Of a DNA stretch of 64,000 bases, positions 47,895 to 62,212 are shown one piece after another (the first letter of the stretch is position 1; each line of letters starts with the position of its first letter). The notes beneath the pieces were generated by a model. It did not search any database and was not told where the DNA came from. It was given only the letters and a program-made list of their open reading frames with translations. The stretch is from Octopus bimaculoides (lineage: Eukaryota): assembly GCF_001194135.2 (NCBI RefSeq), contig NC_068987.1, forward strand, positions 19,343,405-19,407,404, given 5' to 3'. A program made the position numbers and the translations under genes.

Positions 47895-48672
47895 TATGCT
47901 GTACGAACAGCCATGCTACATGGCAGTGAAACATGGGCTGTAACTGCTGAGGACATACGTAAGCTCGCAAGGAATGAAGCCAGTATGCTCCGTTGGATGT
48001 GTAATGTCAATGTGAATACCCGTCAGAGTGTAAGTATCTTGAGAGAAAAGCTGAACATTAGAAGCATCAGTTGTGGTGTGCAAGAGAGACGATTGCGCTG
48101 GTATGGACATGTGGTGAGAATGGATGAGGATAGTTGCGTGAAAAAGTGCCACACCCTAACAGTTGAGGGAACCCGTGGAAGAGGTAGGCCCAGGAAGACC
48201 TGGGCTGAGGTGGTGAGGCAAGACCTTCGTACATTGGGCCTCACCGAGGCGATGACTACTGACCGNNNNNNNNNNNNNNNNNNNNNNNNNNNNNNNNNNN
48301 NNNNNNNNNNNNNNNNNNNNNNNNNNNNNNNNNNNNNNNNNNNNNNNNNNNNNNNNNNNNNNNNNNNNNNNNNNNNNNNNNNNNNNNNNNNNNNNNNNNN
48401 NNNNNNNNNNNNNNNNNNNNNNNNNNNNNNNNNNNNNNNNNNNNNNNNNNNNNNNNNNNNNNNNNNNNNNNNNNNNNNNNNNNNNNNNNNNNNNNNNNNN
48501 NNNNNNNNNNNNNNNNNNNNNNNNNNNNNNNNNNNNNNNNNNAGAAACTCTGCCAAATTAGATTGGAGCCTGGTGTTGCCATCCGGTTTCACCAGTCCTC
48601 AGTCAAATCGTCCAACCCATGCTAGCATGGAAAGCGGACGCTAAACGATGATGATGATGATGATGATGATGA
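47895..48672 (+). mobile_element. RTE-clade LINE 3' end (RT C-terminus, gap, 3'-UTR with (GAT)n tail)
   Basis: MLHGSETW...RLRWYGHVVRM...GRGRPRKTW..D, open up to the gap at 48266-48542. Confidence 0.92.
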
Positions 48673-48788
48673 AGAACAGAAATTGAGAGGAGAAAGTGAA
48701 AAGGTGACATTTGCTTTGAAGTGAAAGCAGAAAGTGAAAGATGAATGTAGTGTATATGAAATGAACATGTGTATGTGTGTGTGTGTGT

Positions 48789-48831
<43 letters not shown>

Positions 48832-49900
48832 AGTGAAGGTGTGTGTTGTATTACATTTTATTTCACCATATTATTGTACATCTGAGTAAGGCAGGTAACT
48901 CTGCTTGTTTCAGTTTGCTTAAGTTTTACATCCATTTTCCATGCTGACATGGGTTGGCTGAGTCATCACAGTCTGAGGGGATAGTTCTTGATGTGGAGTG
49001 ACTGCCCCTCTTAGACAAAACGAAGGACCATGTCTCCCTCATCTATTTTGTTTTCTACCACCAACCACATGGGTACATTTTATTGCACCACCAGCACAAG
49101 AGGATGTCATGTCTTCAACAAGAATTTAGGGAGTCTTTTGTAGTCCATGTCTTCGTTCATTTACCAAACACTTTACAGAGTGTACTAGGTGCATTTCAAC
49201 ACAGCACCAGTACAAGTAGCGGTGCCTTGTACCCATTATTTATACTTCAGATAAGGCTAGGGCAGAGAGAGAGTGAAGTATCCAGGTATGGTAAAAAAAA
49301 AAAAAAAAAAAAAAAACCCAAAAACCTACTTTACTAAATAAAACCATTCCCTCAATGCAAATCTGAAAAAAGTGAGTTAACTTGTATAACCCCCACCCCC
49401 ACCACCACACAAAAAAAAAAAGATTCTAAATTACCCTATGTGCTCTTTGTTTTTTCGAAATGGTAAAGGGAAAAACGGAAAAGATTTTGCTGCTGTTTCT
49501 AGCAAGTTGAGTGAGTATGTAGCAGATCCCTGACTATGCTATTATTTATGTTGTTAATTAAATANNNNNNNNNNNNNNNNNNNNNNNNNNNNNNNNNNNN
49601 NNNNNNNNNNNNNNNNNNNNNNNNNNNNNNNNNNNNNNNNNNNNNNNNNNNNNNNNNNNNNNNNNNNNNNNNNNNNNNNNNNNNNNNNNNNNNNNNNNNN
49701 NNNNNNNNNNNNNNNNNNNNNNNNNNNNNNNNNNNNNNNNNNNNNNNNNNNNNNNNNNNNNNNNNNNNNNNNNNNNNNNNNNNNNNNNNNNNNNNNNNNN
49801 NNNNNNNNNNNNNNNNNNNNNNNNNNNNNNNNNNNNNNNNNNNNNNNNNNNNNNNNNNNNNNNNNNNNNNNNNNNNNNNNATCATCTTAGCAAAAAAAAA

Positions 49901-50055
49901 GAGTGGCTGTGTGGTAAGTAGCATGTTTACCAATCACATGGTTCCGGGTTCAGTCCCACTGCGTGGCATCTTGGGCAAGTGTCTTCTACTATAGCCTCAG
50001 GCCGACCAAAGCCTTGTGAGTGGATTTGGTAGACAGAAGCTGAAAGAAGCCTGTC

Positions 50056-50103
<48 letters not shown>

Positions 50104-50304
50104 TTGTGTGTCTGTGTTTGTCCCCTTAGCATTGCTTGACAACCGATGCTGGTGTGTTCATGTCCCCGTAACGTAGCGGTTCGGCAAAAGATCCCAACAG
50201 AATAAGTACTAGGCTTACAAAGAATAAGTCCTGGGGTCGATTTGCTCGACTAAAGGCGGTGCTCCAGCATGGCCACAGTCAAATGACTGAAACAAGTAAA
50301 AGAG
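49901..50304 (+). mobile_element. SINE family B
   Basis: Full-length match. Confidence 0.9.
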
Positions 50305-51399
50305 AGATGGTTATGACTGGGATGACTGATCAAAGATTAGCACAATCTAAGTTGACTTGGGAAGTTAATGATAAACATCCAATACTATCATCAAGACTTA
50401 CACTGCCAAGAAGATACCTGGGACCAATGAGAGAGAGCTTCAATGTGGGTCAGTGAACTTGCTAGAAATAGCAGCCAGATCTCACTCAGATCATGGAAGA
50501 ACACAGGTCAGATCAGACACGGGTAATCTTTTCCACAAAGTGGGCCACATAACAGACAACTCATCATCTTATAACGTCCATTTTGCATGCTGGCATGGGT
50601 TGGACAGTTTGATCAGAGCTGTCAAGCCAGAGAGCTGCACCAAGTTCCAGTCTGATTCGGTTTGGTTTCCATAGCTGGATACCCTTTCTAACATCAACCA
50701 CTTTACAGTGTGTTGGGTGCTTTTCAACATGACACTGGACGGACATGGCATGAATTCAAGGTAATTTTTTTTCATTTAGGTGCACCATTCAGAAAGTCCC
50801 ATAGGCCATCGTTTGCCCTTGATTACATTAAGTGATGTAGTCCTAGGTAACCCTAAAAAGTAGAAATAATGAGTGTGGCCTGATTACTTTTGATTACTGA
50901 TCTTTCCATTTATGACCAACAAGGAGCTAAGCAGCAACAACAACAACAACCATTACACCGCCACTGCCACTCTACATCATGTCTTCAGACAAACCTATCA
51001 AACATACATTCTTGAAATTTTCTCTGCTTCTCCAAACGTTTTTTTCTTCTTCTACGCACACCATTTTCTCCCCTATTTCTTTCTGCCCCCTATCCAATGC
51101 TTGCTACCACTTGTTCTTTTTATCCCTTGCGCTTCCTTCATCTCTTGCAGCCACTAAACAAAAAAGGGGGGAAAGAGAGGAGACTCTCCCAATTTCCCTC
51201 TTTTCCTTATATAGCTTTTTTTCTCATTTAATTTCCACTTCACAACTCCCTCTTGTTTTCTATCCTATCCTCTCACACACTCTCTTTCTTTCTCTCACCT
51301 AGCCTCTATTTTGTCTTTCTTCCTTTCTCCATCTCTCTTGTGTCATGGCATATTCATACTTTTGACAAATCATGGCCTGTTCCTCCTCCATTTATTTCT

Positions 51400-52100
51400 G
51401 CCTCTCGCAACATTACCCAGGTCTTTCTCGCTCTGCACATTCAATCTCTTTATCCAGTCGAACATCTTCATTCTTTGCCTTCCTCTCGCTCACCTTTCCA
51501 CCAGTTCAGTCTCCACCTTGTAACATTCCATTCCGTCATCTTCTCTGAGAAAATGACCAACAAATCTCCACTGTCTCTCTCTCTGATAGTAGCCATCAAC
51601 TGTCTCTTCACTTTCATCCTCTTCAACACTTCCACATTCGTCATCCTCTGTATCCACCAGATTCTAAGCATTTTCTATAAAACCACATTTCTGCAGCTTT
51701 GAGTCTCTTCTCCATGACTTTACTTGTCATCCAAGACTCACATCCATACGTTAGCACCAACCAGATGTAGCACTTTAATAGTCTTTTCTTGACTTCTAGT
51801 CCATTTCTCTTTGCACAAAAAATGCTCCTCATATCCACAAAAGCCTTCTTTGCTAATCCAACTCTGCCCTTGATGTCCTTATCTGACCTTCCATCTGATG
51901 TTATCCAACTTCCCAGATATATGAAACTGTCCTTCTGCTCTATCCCAGTTCCATTCACCGTCAAGCAATATGTGGGTACCTGTGCTTTTTTGGTACAGAC
52001 CAATGAGAAGGTTTTCTGGCAGTTAATCATCAACCTTTCTCCATACAGCTCTCATTTCCAATCACTCTTTTTCTTGATAGGCCCTAAAGTTCTTCTCTGT
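51400..52100 (-). mobile_element. Degenerate RTE-clade LINE RT fragment
   Basis: F.YLGSWITSDG...AF...LTYGCESW...LKAAEMWFYR / MLRIWW..RMTN.EVL motifs with a frameshift. Confidence 0.88.
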
Positions 52101-54195
52101 CGCACCACATAACCCTTACATTTTCTTGAGCACTATGGCTTTTGAGTAGTGACAATGCTGACTGGGTGGTAGTAGTAGTAGTAGTAGTGGCAGTGGTGGT
52201 TGAGTGGCAGCACTAGTTGTTGTAGTTAATGCTGTGGACATCTTTGATGGAAACAGGGTTTCAGCTTCTGAGCACACCACATTTTTTATTGAAACATTGT
52301 AGCTAAGATAGTACATGTTGAACAAATTGATTGACCACAGAGAGAATCCTCATTAACTCAAATTAGTAAGATGATATCCAGGCAATTAATTAATATCCAG
52401 GTAAAAAAAAAAAAAAACAATAAAAATAAGGTGGTGGGGTGGGATAGAAAACCAATGTAATTAATACTTGTGGCAGAAAGGAGACTGAAGTTTAATTGGA
52501 ATGGCCTTATTTTTCTAAGTAAACAATCATGTTGTGCAAAAGGCATTTCAACCTTAGAAAAGCACTGGTGCAATTGTGTGCACCAATAAGCTTTTTGACA
52601 CCTTGTGAAATAAAATGTGAATTTAGCACCTTTTGCAAGTTTCTAAATGGTCAGAATAGCTCTGTAACAGTGTAATTTCTTCATTTTCAAGGTAACTTTT
52701 ATCTTTTACTTAGTTTTAGACATAAGGCTGCAGACAGGCTGTTGCATTGCTATGAAGGGCTTAGTCAAACAAACTGATCCCCGGTAATTTTTTTGTTTCC
52801 TGAGCCAGATACTTATTCTATCAGTTCCTTTTTTGCTGAACTGCTATGTTATGGGAACATAAACAAACTAACACCAGTTGTCAAAGGGTGGTGGGATAAT
52901 GCAAAATTAATTCAAAGAATGTGAATAAATAAGCATTACATTTCACAGAGTAATCTGAATGCTAAGGGTTAAAACAGAATTTTTATTATACAATCAGGAA
53001 TAGGCTCAGATAAGTTAGCATCAAAAAGGGTTAAGCAAACTATGATGATGATAACGATGAAAATTACATGGTATGTTAATCTTCCTAGTAATATGATATA
53101 CAAAAGGCCAAACTTAAAATTGAACAATTGCCATCCAGTTCTCACTACAAGTGGCATGGAATTGGCTGCTATAGCAAAACCTGTTACACAACAATACCAC
53201 TCCATACATTGTCGTCCACCCCTACAGTTAATATCTGAATGCAACTAACAGCTGATAATGTGAAATCGGACCGTATCATAATTATATCAAATAACAAGAC
53301 CCACTATCACTACCTCTTATATAAGTACAACATCAGTGAGGAAGTATATAAAATGATCGCATGTAAGTTATAAAAATATAACCTAAATTTTCTACAAACT
53401 GCACCAAAGTTCCAAGAATGGCCATAGCTGGAATGCCTTTCATCAGAGGTTTGCTGAACTAGGACTAAACAACAATCACAACTCAATAATGTACTACCGC
53501 CTGCTTCTCTTAAAACTGTTATAATACTTCTCATGTATCCATACCACCAAAACCTATCTACTTCTCCAGATACTATATATATATATATATATATATNNNN
53601 NNNNNNNNNNNNNNNNNNNNNNNNNNNNNNNNNNNNNNNNNNNNNNNNNNNNNNNNNNNNNNNNNNNNNNNNNNNNNNNNNNNNNNNNNNNNNNNNNNNN
53701 NNNNNNNNNNNNNNNNNNNNNNNNNNNNNNNNNNNNNNNNNNNNNNNNNNNNNNNNNNNNNNNNNNNNNNNNNNNNNNNNNNNNNNNNNNNNNNNNNNNN
53801 NNNNNNNNNNNNNNNNNNNNNNNNNNNNNNNNNNNNNNNNNNNNNNNNNNNNNNNNNNNNNNNNNNNNNNNNNNNNNNNNNNNNNNNNCACAATGAAATT
53901 TTATTCATCAGCAGATAAATGTATCTTTTTTTTGGCAAGCAAATTGCATTCCGGATGTGACATGCAAAAGTCTATTTTTTGATATTGAGCATGTTTCAAA
54001 GTAAAGTTCTCGGAAAATATTGTTCTCCAGACACTGGTTTAAATTAAAAAAACAAATGCTACATTTGTAAAAATGAAATTGTGAAAGTATACAAACTCAA
54101 ACTGTAATTTGAGCTATCATTGGCCATAATTCCTCACGGCATAGTGTTCTGGATGTAACACTAAACAAAAAATGTGAAAGATGCCCTGATATTCT

Positions 54196-54395
54196 TAACC
54201 CTTTTAAACCGGCCCAAATATTCTACCTGAAACTGGTTGGATCCAGCCTCTTACATCTACCCTACAATGTCATTCTAAAAATAAACAATCACATCTTCAA
54301 AATGTTGAAGCTACAAGATACTTCATGATTAATTTTTTTTTAATGCTAATAAATAAGCATTACATTTGATGAATTAATATGAATGCTAAAAGTTT
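54196..54395. mobile_element. piggyBac-like MITE copy (internally deleted)
   Basis: Starts ttaaccctt; reverse-complement match to 57137-57365. Confidence 0.6.
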
Positions 54396-54479
54396 TCTCT
54401 AATTTGTTCAGTTGACATGAAAATATAACACAGAATGTTAATCACAACAAATTTGATTTAAATAAACACCAAAATAAAA

Positions 54480-55300
54480 GTCATCAAATTTAACCCACAG
54501 CATAATGTAAGTCTAAAGTTCTTAGTAAATCTTAATTTTCCGTGATGTGTCATATCAGGGAAAGGTAAAAGTTCAACTATTTGATCTTCAGGTATCCATG
54601 ATTTGTTCATGTCAATGGTGTAAATATTTCCATCTGGTATTTGTCTTAAAAATACAAATATGTTCCCCTCCCAGATCATTCTTTTCACATATTGCCCATA
54701 GCAGTTTGGTCTTTGTACTGCCCTTTCCACAATCAAATGTGTACTTTACCAAATAGAATTTACCACACACTGATTTGATACAACCATTTTGAACTCTATG
54801 CATATGACATAGACAAGGAAATGACAATAAATTCCCAACAATAGTTCCATTATCTACTTCAATTTGATGAAACTGTCTTGTTCCTCATAATGGTCCTTGA
54901 ACAGGTTACCATTCCTTTCTTTGAAAAACTTGAGTTGGTTCTAATTTGCTCTGACAGACAAGCAGCAACAACAAACGATAAAAACTTCCATTTTTGCAAC
55001 AACAATAAATTCATCCAGATTTGTAATAACCACCTTCATCTGCAAGGTTTTTCCACCAGACAGCATTTTTCACATCACCCATTCCACCATTCCCCCCTTT
55101 TCCGTGTGATGCAGCCAAAAAATTCCCAGTCAGCTGAAACACCACAATCTCTTTGATGAAATAATAAATTTGTGAATGTATACTGGTTTTTGGAATTGGC
55201 TGGAAGGTTCATCTGACCAGTAATACCACCTTATCAATAACGATCCTTTTACTGCTCAGATCATTGTAGAAAAAAGATGCTATCACTCACCATATACTAA
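54480..55300 (-). mobile_element. Degenerate DDE transposase, Sola-like
   Basis: Reconstructed across frameshifts: WSDEPSSQF/KNQYTF...ADWEFF/AASHGKG...DVKNAVW/KTLQ...ITNLDEF, plus C-terminal SWIPEDQIVELLPFP. Confidence 0.65.
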
Positions 55301-55390
55301 ATCACTCAGAGTAAGAAAATAAGATACGACAAAAAGATATTTTTCCTTTAAAAATTGTAATAACTTGAAAATCATAAAAGTTATTCTATA

Positions 55391-55800
55391 GGCGTAGGAG
55401 TGGCTGTGTGGTAAGTAGCTTGCTTACCAACCACATGGTTCCAGGGTCATTCCCACTGCGTGGCACCTTGGGCAAGTGTCTTCTACTATAGCCTCGGGCC
55501 GACCAAAGCCTTTTGAGTGGATTTGGTAGACGGAAACTAAAAGAAGCCCGTCATATATATGTATATATATGTATGTGTGTGGATATGTTTGTGTGTCTGT
55601 GTTTGTCCCCCCAACATCGCTTGACAACCGATGCTGGTGTGTTTACGTTCCCGTAACTTAGCAGTTAGGCAAAAAGAGACCGATAGAATAAGTACTAGGC
55701 TTACAATGAATAAGTTCTGGGGTTGATTTGCTCGACTAAAGGCGGTGCTCCAGCATGGCCGCAGTCAAAGGACTGAAACAAGTAAAAGAGAGAAAAGAGA
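55391..55800 (+). mobile_element. SINE family B
   Basis: Full-length match. Confidence 0.9.
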
Positions 55801-56483
55801 GTGACATCCAGAATGTTCTGGACATAACCAAATTCACTTGGAAACTAGAAACTGAAAGATTAAGTATGGCAAATGAAAAGGTTTCTGTGGGTACAGTTTA
55901 TCAGGTCATCATTATTGGAAAGTGGAAGGTAGGAAGATTCTACTAAATTGGTAGAGATTCTTTTGGCAAAGGATCAGAAGAATCAGAAGCAGTTTGGGAA
56001 TTAGGAAAGCTACCGAGTTGTGCCATGAACAATGGTATGTTTTAACTTTCAGACAACAACCTTGCAAGACTTGCGGTAATGAATAACAACTGTTAACAGA
56101 GGCAGGGAATTTTTTAATAAGCATTAATAAGCTAAAACTGCTATGTTGTACAGCTATGAGTCAATCATTTAAAGAGATTTGGGGCCCCGTGTACTTTTGA
56201 GAAGTGTGAGAAATGTAGAAGGATTTCAGTCATCAACAGAATTAGTGCCAGACTGATGGAGCTTCAACCAATCAGCTAACATGAAGAGCCAAAGGGTTTG
56301 CAAAGTGGGTGTTGCATACATAGCATGCTTACTTGGTAGCTATGATTAGGAGTGGCTGCATGATCTGATAGGGGCAGTGATGATGATGGCTCCGTAGAGG
56401 ATGGGTTTATTGGGTAGGAAAAGAGCTCAAAGACGTTTGTAGAGTATGTGTGTCAGTCAGGAAAACACACAAGTAAAGTTAAG

Positions 56484-56653
56484 GGGTAGGAGTGGCTGTG
56501 TGGTAAGTAGCTTGCTTACCAACCACATGGTTCCGGGTTCAGTCCCACTGCATGGTACCTTGGGCAAGTGTCTTCTACTATAGCCTCGGGCCGACCAAAG
56601 CCTTGTGAGTGGATTTGGTAGACGGAAACTGAAAGAAGCCCGTCGTATATATG

Positions 56654-56687
<34 letters not shown>

Positions 56688-56906
56688 CGTATATGTTTGT
56701 GTGCCTGTGTTTGTCCCCCCAACATCGCTTGACAACCGATGCTGGTGTGTTTACGTCCACGTAACTAAGCGGTTCGTCAAAAGAGACCGATAGAATAAGT
56801 ACTAGGCTTACAAAGAATAAGTCCTGGGGTCGATTTGCTTGACTATAAGGCGGTGCTCCAGCATGGCCACAATCAAATGACTGTAACAAGTAAAAGAGTA
56901 AAAGAG
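56484..56906 (+). mobile_element. SINE family B
   Basis: Full-length match. Confidence 0.9.
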
Positions 56907-57136
56907 GGTTGTCACATGTTGAAAATAGCAAAAAAAGTGTGCTTTTATATTTCTATGAGTGTGGGATGTGTGTGAAAACCATGAGTTCTATAGCACCGAA
57001 ATTATAGAGGATGATGACTTCAGAATCGGGGTGAAGTGAGGTAGTTGTCCTTTATGAGTGACAGGAGATAATTAAAAGGATATTGATAATTAGACGAGTT
57101 CAAGGAGTGGCAGCAAGAGAGACCTTGAACAAGAAC

Positions 57137-57365
57137 TTAACCCCTTAACATTCAGATTACTCTGTCAAATGTAGTACTTATCTATTCACATTGCTTAAAA
57201 ATTAATCATATATTATCTCATAGCTTTGAAATTTTGATAATGTGGTTGTATAGTTTTAGAATGATATTGTAGGGTAGGTGCGAGAGGCCAGATCTTGGTG
57301 GTTTGAACATAAAACAGGTAGAGTATTTGTGTTGGATATGGCCAGTTTAAGTGCTAAAGGGTTAA
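57137..57365. mobile_element. piggyBac-like MITE, complete copy
   Basis: TTAA-cccctta...ctaaaggg-TTAA ends; several related copies in the window. Confidence 0.75.
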
Positions 57366-57596
57366 AGCTTTGTTGCAGTGTAGCGAGTAGTGGAAAGAAC
57401 AGATCTAATATATTGAAAAGATACTTCTTCTGAGAGTGAAACTTGGATATATAGAGTATGCAGAGAAGACACGTTTCTTTCAGTAAGGAAAAGAAAAAAA
57501 ATTAACCCCTCTACCTCTCTGCTGTTCATTTATCTCTTGACATTGTGAAGAAACTAATAGAAGAAAGAGCGAGACAGAAATAATGAGGAAGAATGA

Positions 57597-57641
<45 letters not shown>

Positions 57642-57866
57642 ATTAAAAAAAAAAAGGAAATTTCAAAAGCTAACAATAAAATGAAGACAGACTGCACCAG
57701 CCACCACCAGGCAGTTTACTGTAGTCTGTCTGTGTGTCTGGCTATCAGCTGAGAGACTGATGATATACCAATATGTACCTAACCCATCAAGGCACCTACC
57801 CATAATATGTTCGTGGTAGGGGTGAGAGTAAGTGATCAAATGAGAGTGAGAGAGAGAATTAGTGAT

Positions 57867-57907
<41 letters not shown>

Positions 57908-58453
57908 ACACAAATAGGTACAGATTAATTGCACTGGCCAGCTGATAAAATTACTTAGGTGCTTTTCTCTCCACCTCTGGTTTATTTTATATTCTGACAT
58001 GTCAGAAAAATATAGGATGGAGATCAGAAGAAAGAGGAGAGTACAATGAGAGTACAAAATTAGAGAAAAAAAAAAGAAAAAGACAAAAAAAAATTACAGA
58101 TATGAAGAAAAAGAAAATGAAGCTAAAAAACAAACAAAAAACAATGCTGCCCATCCTTTAGCAAAAAATTAAATTTGTCACTCCTGCAGCATAAATGATC
58201 AAACATATTTTGAAGTTGTTGAAGTAGATTCCTAGAGTTATCAATCTGCTCAAGAGGTTCTCATAATCTAGGTGCTTCAGAGGTACATATATGAAACACT
58301 ACTCACACTTCATCACACCTACACAAAGCCTAAACAAAGCCAACAAAGGCTGTACATGACTGCTTGACCCACTAGAAAGAGTAAAACAGTAGCCAGATGT
58401 CTATCTCTTCTCATATTACATCTTACCATCTCGAAAAGTGAGAACACATAAGA

Positions 58454-58820
58454 TTGTTGTTGGCACTCCGGCGCTTACGACGTCGAGGGTTCCAGTTGAT
58501 CCGATCAACGGAACAGCCTGCTCGTGAAATTAACATGCAAGTGGCTGAGCACTCCACAGACATGTGTACCCTTAACGTAGTTCTCAGGGATATTCAGCGT
58601 GACACAGTGTGACAAGGCTGACCCTTTGAATTACAGGCACAACAGAATCAGGAAGTAAGAGTGAGAGAAAGTTGTGGTGAAAGAGTACAGCAGGGTTCGC
58701 CACCATCCCCTGCCGGAGCCTCGTGGAGCTTTGAGGTGTTTTCGCTCAATAAACACTCACAACGCCCGGTCTGGGAATCGAAACCGCGATCCTATGACCG
58801 CGAGTCCGCTGTGCCTCCAC
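58454..58820 (-). mobile_element. SINE family A with 10-bp TSD
   Basis: acacataaga at 58444-58453 and 58821-58830. Confidence 0.9.
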
Positions 58821-59566
58821 ACACATAAGATAGTGCCAATCTAAATACAGAGTGCTCTGGAGAAAGGCAGGACGGTCATGGCCAGAATACTTTTGATCAT
58901 ACATTTGTTCAGTTAAGGCCGACCTAGGGCTAAATAACAAAACAACAATGACTTGCCCATATAACAACCAAATGTTTTAAGCCCAAATACATGTGCAAGT
59001 GGCTCTCCAGCAGATGCTTACCATCAGACACTACAGGGATCCACTTTGTAACATTTCAAGAAGCTGCCCCATTTGCTGCTATGCCACATCCATAGTTACT
59101 GACTTCTATTTGAACTACTTAGAGTAGTGTTTTTCAGCCATGTTTCCCTTACTGACCCCTATGGATTCCTATTTTACTCAGATGAACCCTCATAGCTATT
59201 TGATGTTTAAAATAATCATATATGCTTATAATATTAGTGTTGGCGTTAAGAAGGGCATCCATAGAAACCATGCCAAAACAGACATGGAACCTGAAGCCAG
59301 TCGTCTGCCATTACGTTCTGAGTTCAAATTCCGCCGAGGTCGTCTTTGCCTTTCATGGTCGATAAATTAAGTACCAGTTATGCACTGGGGGTTAATGTAA
59401 TCGACTTAATCCCTTTGTTTGTCTCCTCTATGTTTAGCCCCTTGTGGGCAATAAAGAAATAAGAATCATTAGCATGCCACGCAAAATGCTCAGGGGCGTT
59501 TTGTCCATCTTTACATTCTGAGTTCAAATTCCACCAAGGTTGACTTTGCATTTCATCCTTTCAGGG

Positions 59567-59971
59567 TACTCTTTTACTCTTTTATTTGTTTCAGTCATTT
59601 GACCATGGCCATGCTGGAGCACCGCCTTTAGTCGAGCAAATCGACCCCCAGAACTTATTCTTTGTAAGCCTAGTACTTATTCTATTGGTCTCTTTTGCCG
59701 AACCGCTAAGTTACGGGGACGTAAACACACCAGCATCGGTTGTCGAGCGATGTCAGGGGGACAAACACAGACATACAAGCATATACACGCACATACATAT
59801 ATATATACGACAGGCTTCTTTCAGTTTCCGTCTACCAAATCCACTCACAAGTCTTTGGTCGGCCCGAGGCTATAGTAGAAGACACTTGCCCAAGGTGCCA
59901 CGCAGTGGGACTGAACCCGGAACCATGTGGTTGGTAAGCAAGCTACTTACCACACAGCCACTCCTATGCCT
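59567..59971 (-). mobile_element. SINE family B inserted among family C fragments
   Basis: Full-length reverse-complement match. Confidence 0.88.
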
Positions 59972-61169
59972 AGATAAAATATGTACTAGTTGAGCACTGG
60001 GGGTCAATGTGAACAACTTTATTCCTTCCCCAAACTTGCTGGTTTTGTGCCAAAATTTGAAACCATTATCCTGCAAAAGTCTCAATCACAGATACACTTT
60101 TCTATACTGCTAATATACAGAATATTTTCAACCAGTAGATGCCACCCATCACCACAGGGATCATAGATTCTTAATAGGATTAACTCAATATGTATGTAAG
60201 CAGTTGTGGTGATAAGTGATGGTATTAAACTATCGCAGACTTCAAATCCTGTAACAAACCTAGAAAAAGGATTATAATTCCACTCTGGTATTTAGTAGCT
60301 TTGACCTAGAATCTTTGGCTATATTTGTCATTTCTTGCAATTTGATAAGGATCCTAGATCTGATAACAGACACCATGAAATGGATACTATAAAACACCTG
60401 CTAATCTATTTCTCTATCACACATGAAATTAAATCTAATGTAGAGTCAATTCAATTAGAAACATTTGACAGATTCTCTGCAGCATTTGCTTTCGTATTTT
60501 GTTTTGGTGGAACATTTACCAGCCTTTCCTTACGGAATCATAGAGATTCTTTGGAAACAGCTACAGCAACAGCGGGTATTATGACTGCTGACATCCCATG
60601 GTTTTGAGTGAAACAGTGATATGATGTTTACATTTCATGCTGACATTATGACTGGCTATCCTTCACTTCTGAAGACCTGTGGAATAAATCTGATCCCTTA
60701 TTTGTGCCACATGAAAAAAAGCACTCATGCTGGCATCACATAAAGAAGCAATCGTACAAATATCACATAAAAAGCATCCAGCCATAGAAGCCATGTCAAA
60801 CAAGATAAATGGAGCCTGGGCAGCTCCTGTCAAACTGTCCAACCCATGCCAGCATGGAAAACAGACATCAAATGATGATGATGATGAAGTAAGAGCATCT
60901 GGCCAGTGCAGGATGGCTGTGTGGTAAGTAGAGAAAAAAATAGCATGTGTCACCATACACTTACTGCAAGATATTTTAAAGTTCTTCTGTAGTAGAAAAT
61001 GTATGATTCTGTGCAAATAATTATAACAATAATTCTTTCTGCTCAAGCCACAAGGACTGAAATTTTGGGGAAGGGGTCTAGTCGGTTGGTTACATCAACC
61101 CCAGTGTTTCACTGGTACTTAATTTATCAACCCCAAAAGTATGAAAGGCAAAGTCAACCTTGGTGGAAT

Positions 61170-61200
<31 letters not shown>

Positions 61201-62040
61201 TTGTTTCTAATTTAGACACAACAATTTTGAAGCTAAGTGGTTAGTTAATTACACTGACCCCAGTACTAGACTGGTTAGTTTATTGACCCCAAATGGATGA
61301 AAAGCAAAGTTGACCTTGGTGGGATTTGAACTAGAACAAATACTCGAAGGTATTGTGTCCAAATGGTCTGACAATTTCGCTATTCCACTGCCCATAAATT
61401 CTTTTCNNNNNNNNNNNNNNNNNNNNNNNNNNNNNNNNNNNNNNNNNNNNNNNNNNNNNNNNNNNNNNNNNNNNNNNNNNNNNNNNNNNNNNNNNNNNNN
61501 NNNNNNNNNNNNNNNNNNNNNNNNNNNNNNNNNNNNNNNNNNNNNNNNNNNNNNNNNNNNNNNNNNNNNNNNNNNNNNNNNNNNNNNNNNNNNNNNNNNN
61601 NNNNNNNNNNNNNNNNNNNNNNNNNNNNNNNNNNNNNNNNNNNNNNNNNNNNNNNNNNNNNNNNNNNNNNNNNNNNNNNNNNNNNNNNNNNNNNNNNNNN
61701 NNNNNNNNNNNNNNNNNNNNNNNNNNNNNNNNNNNNNNNNNNNNNNNNNNNNNNNNNNNNNNNNNNNNNNNNNNNNNNNNNNNNNNNNNNNNNNNNNGGG
61801 GGGGGGGGGTAGTAGATTACATCGACCTCAGTGCTTGACAGGTACTCATTTCATCAACCCCAAAAGGGTGAATGGGAAGGTCAACATTTGAACTCACAAC
61901 ACCATAGGTTGCTACAAATTTTGCCCAGCATGCTAATGATTCTACAAGCTTGCCACTTTAATAACAACAACAACAATAATAATGGTTTCAAATTTTGCCA
62001 CAAGGGCAGCTATTTTGGGAGCAGAATTTAAATAATAATA

Positions 62041-62212
62041 AAGCACCCACTACACTTTCGGAGTGGTTGGCATTAGGAAGGGCATCCAGCTGTAGAAACT
62101 CTGTCAGATCAGATTGGAGCCTGATGCAGCCTTCTGGCTTCTCAGTCTTCAGTCAAATCGTCCAACCCATGCTAGCATGGAAAGCGGACATTAAACGATG
62201 ATGCTGATGATG
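62041..62212 (+). mobile_element. RTE 3'-UTR tail unit (truncated)
   Basis: Matches the tail consensus, ends in (GAT)n. Confidence 0.8.

Noticed and set aside
50402-50417. 16-nt candidate microexon with gtaagt donor (also a 12-nt one at 58307-58318)
   Set aside because: Such short AG...GT pairs are expected by chance and there is no homology support.
55800-56480. Unique-looking block between two SINE B copies
   Set aside because: Stops in all frames and no recognisable motif.
60398-60676. Strong minus-strand acceptor at 60676 (possible terminal exon of an upstream gene or ANKLE2 5'-UTR exon)
   Set aside because: All three frames stop within about 10 codons and no partner exon was found.
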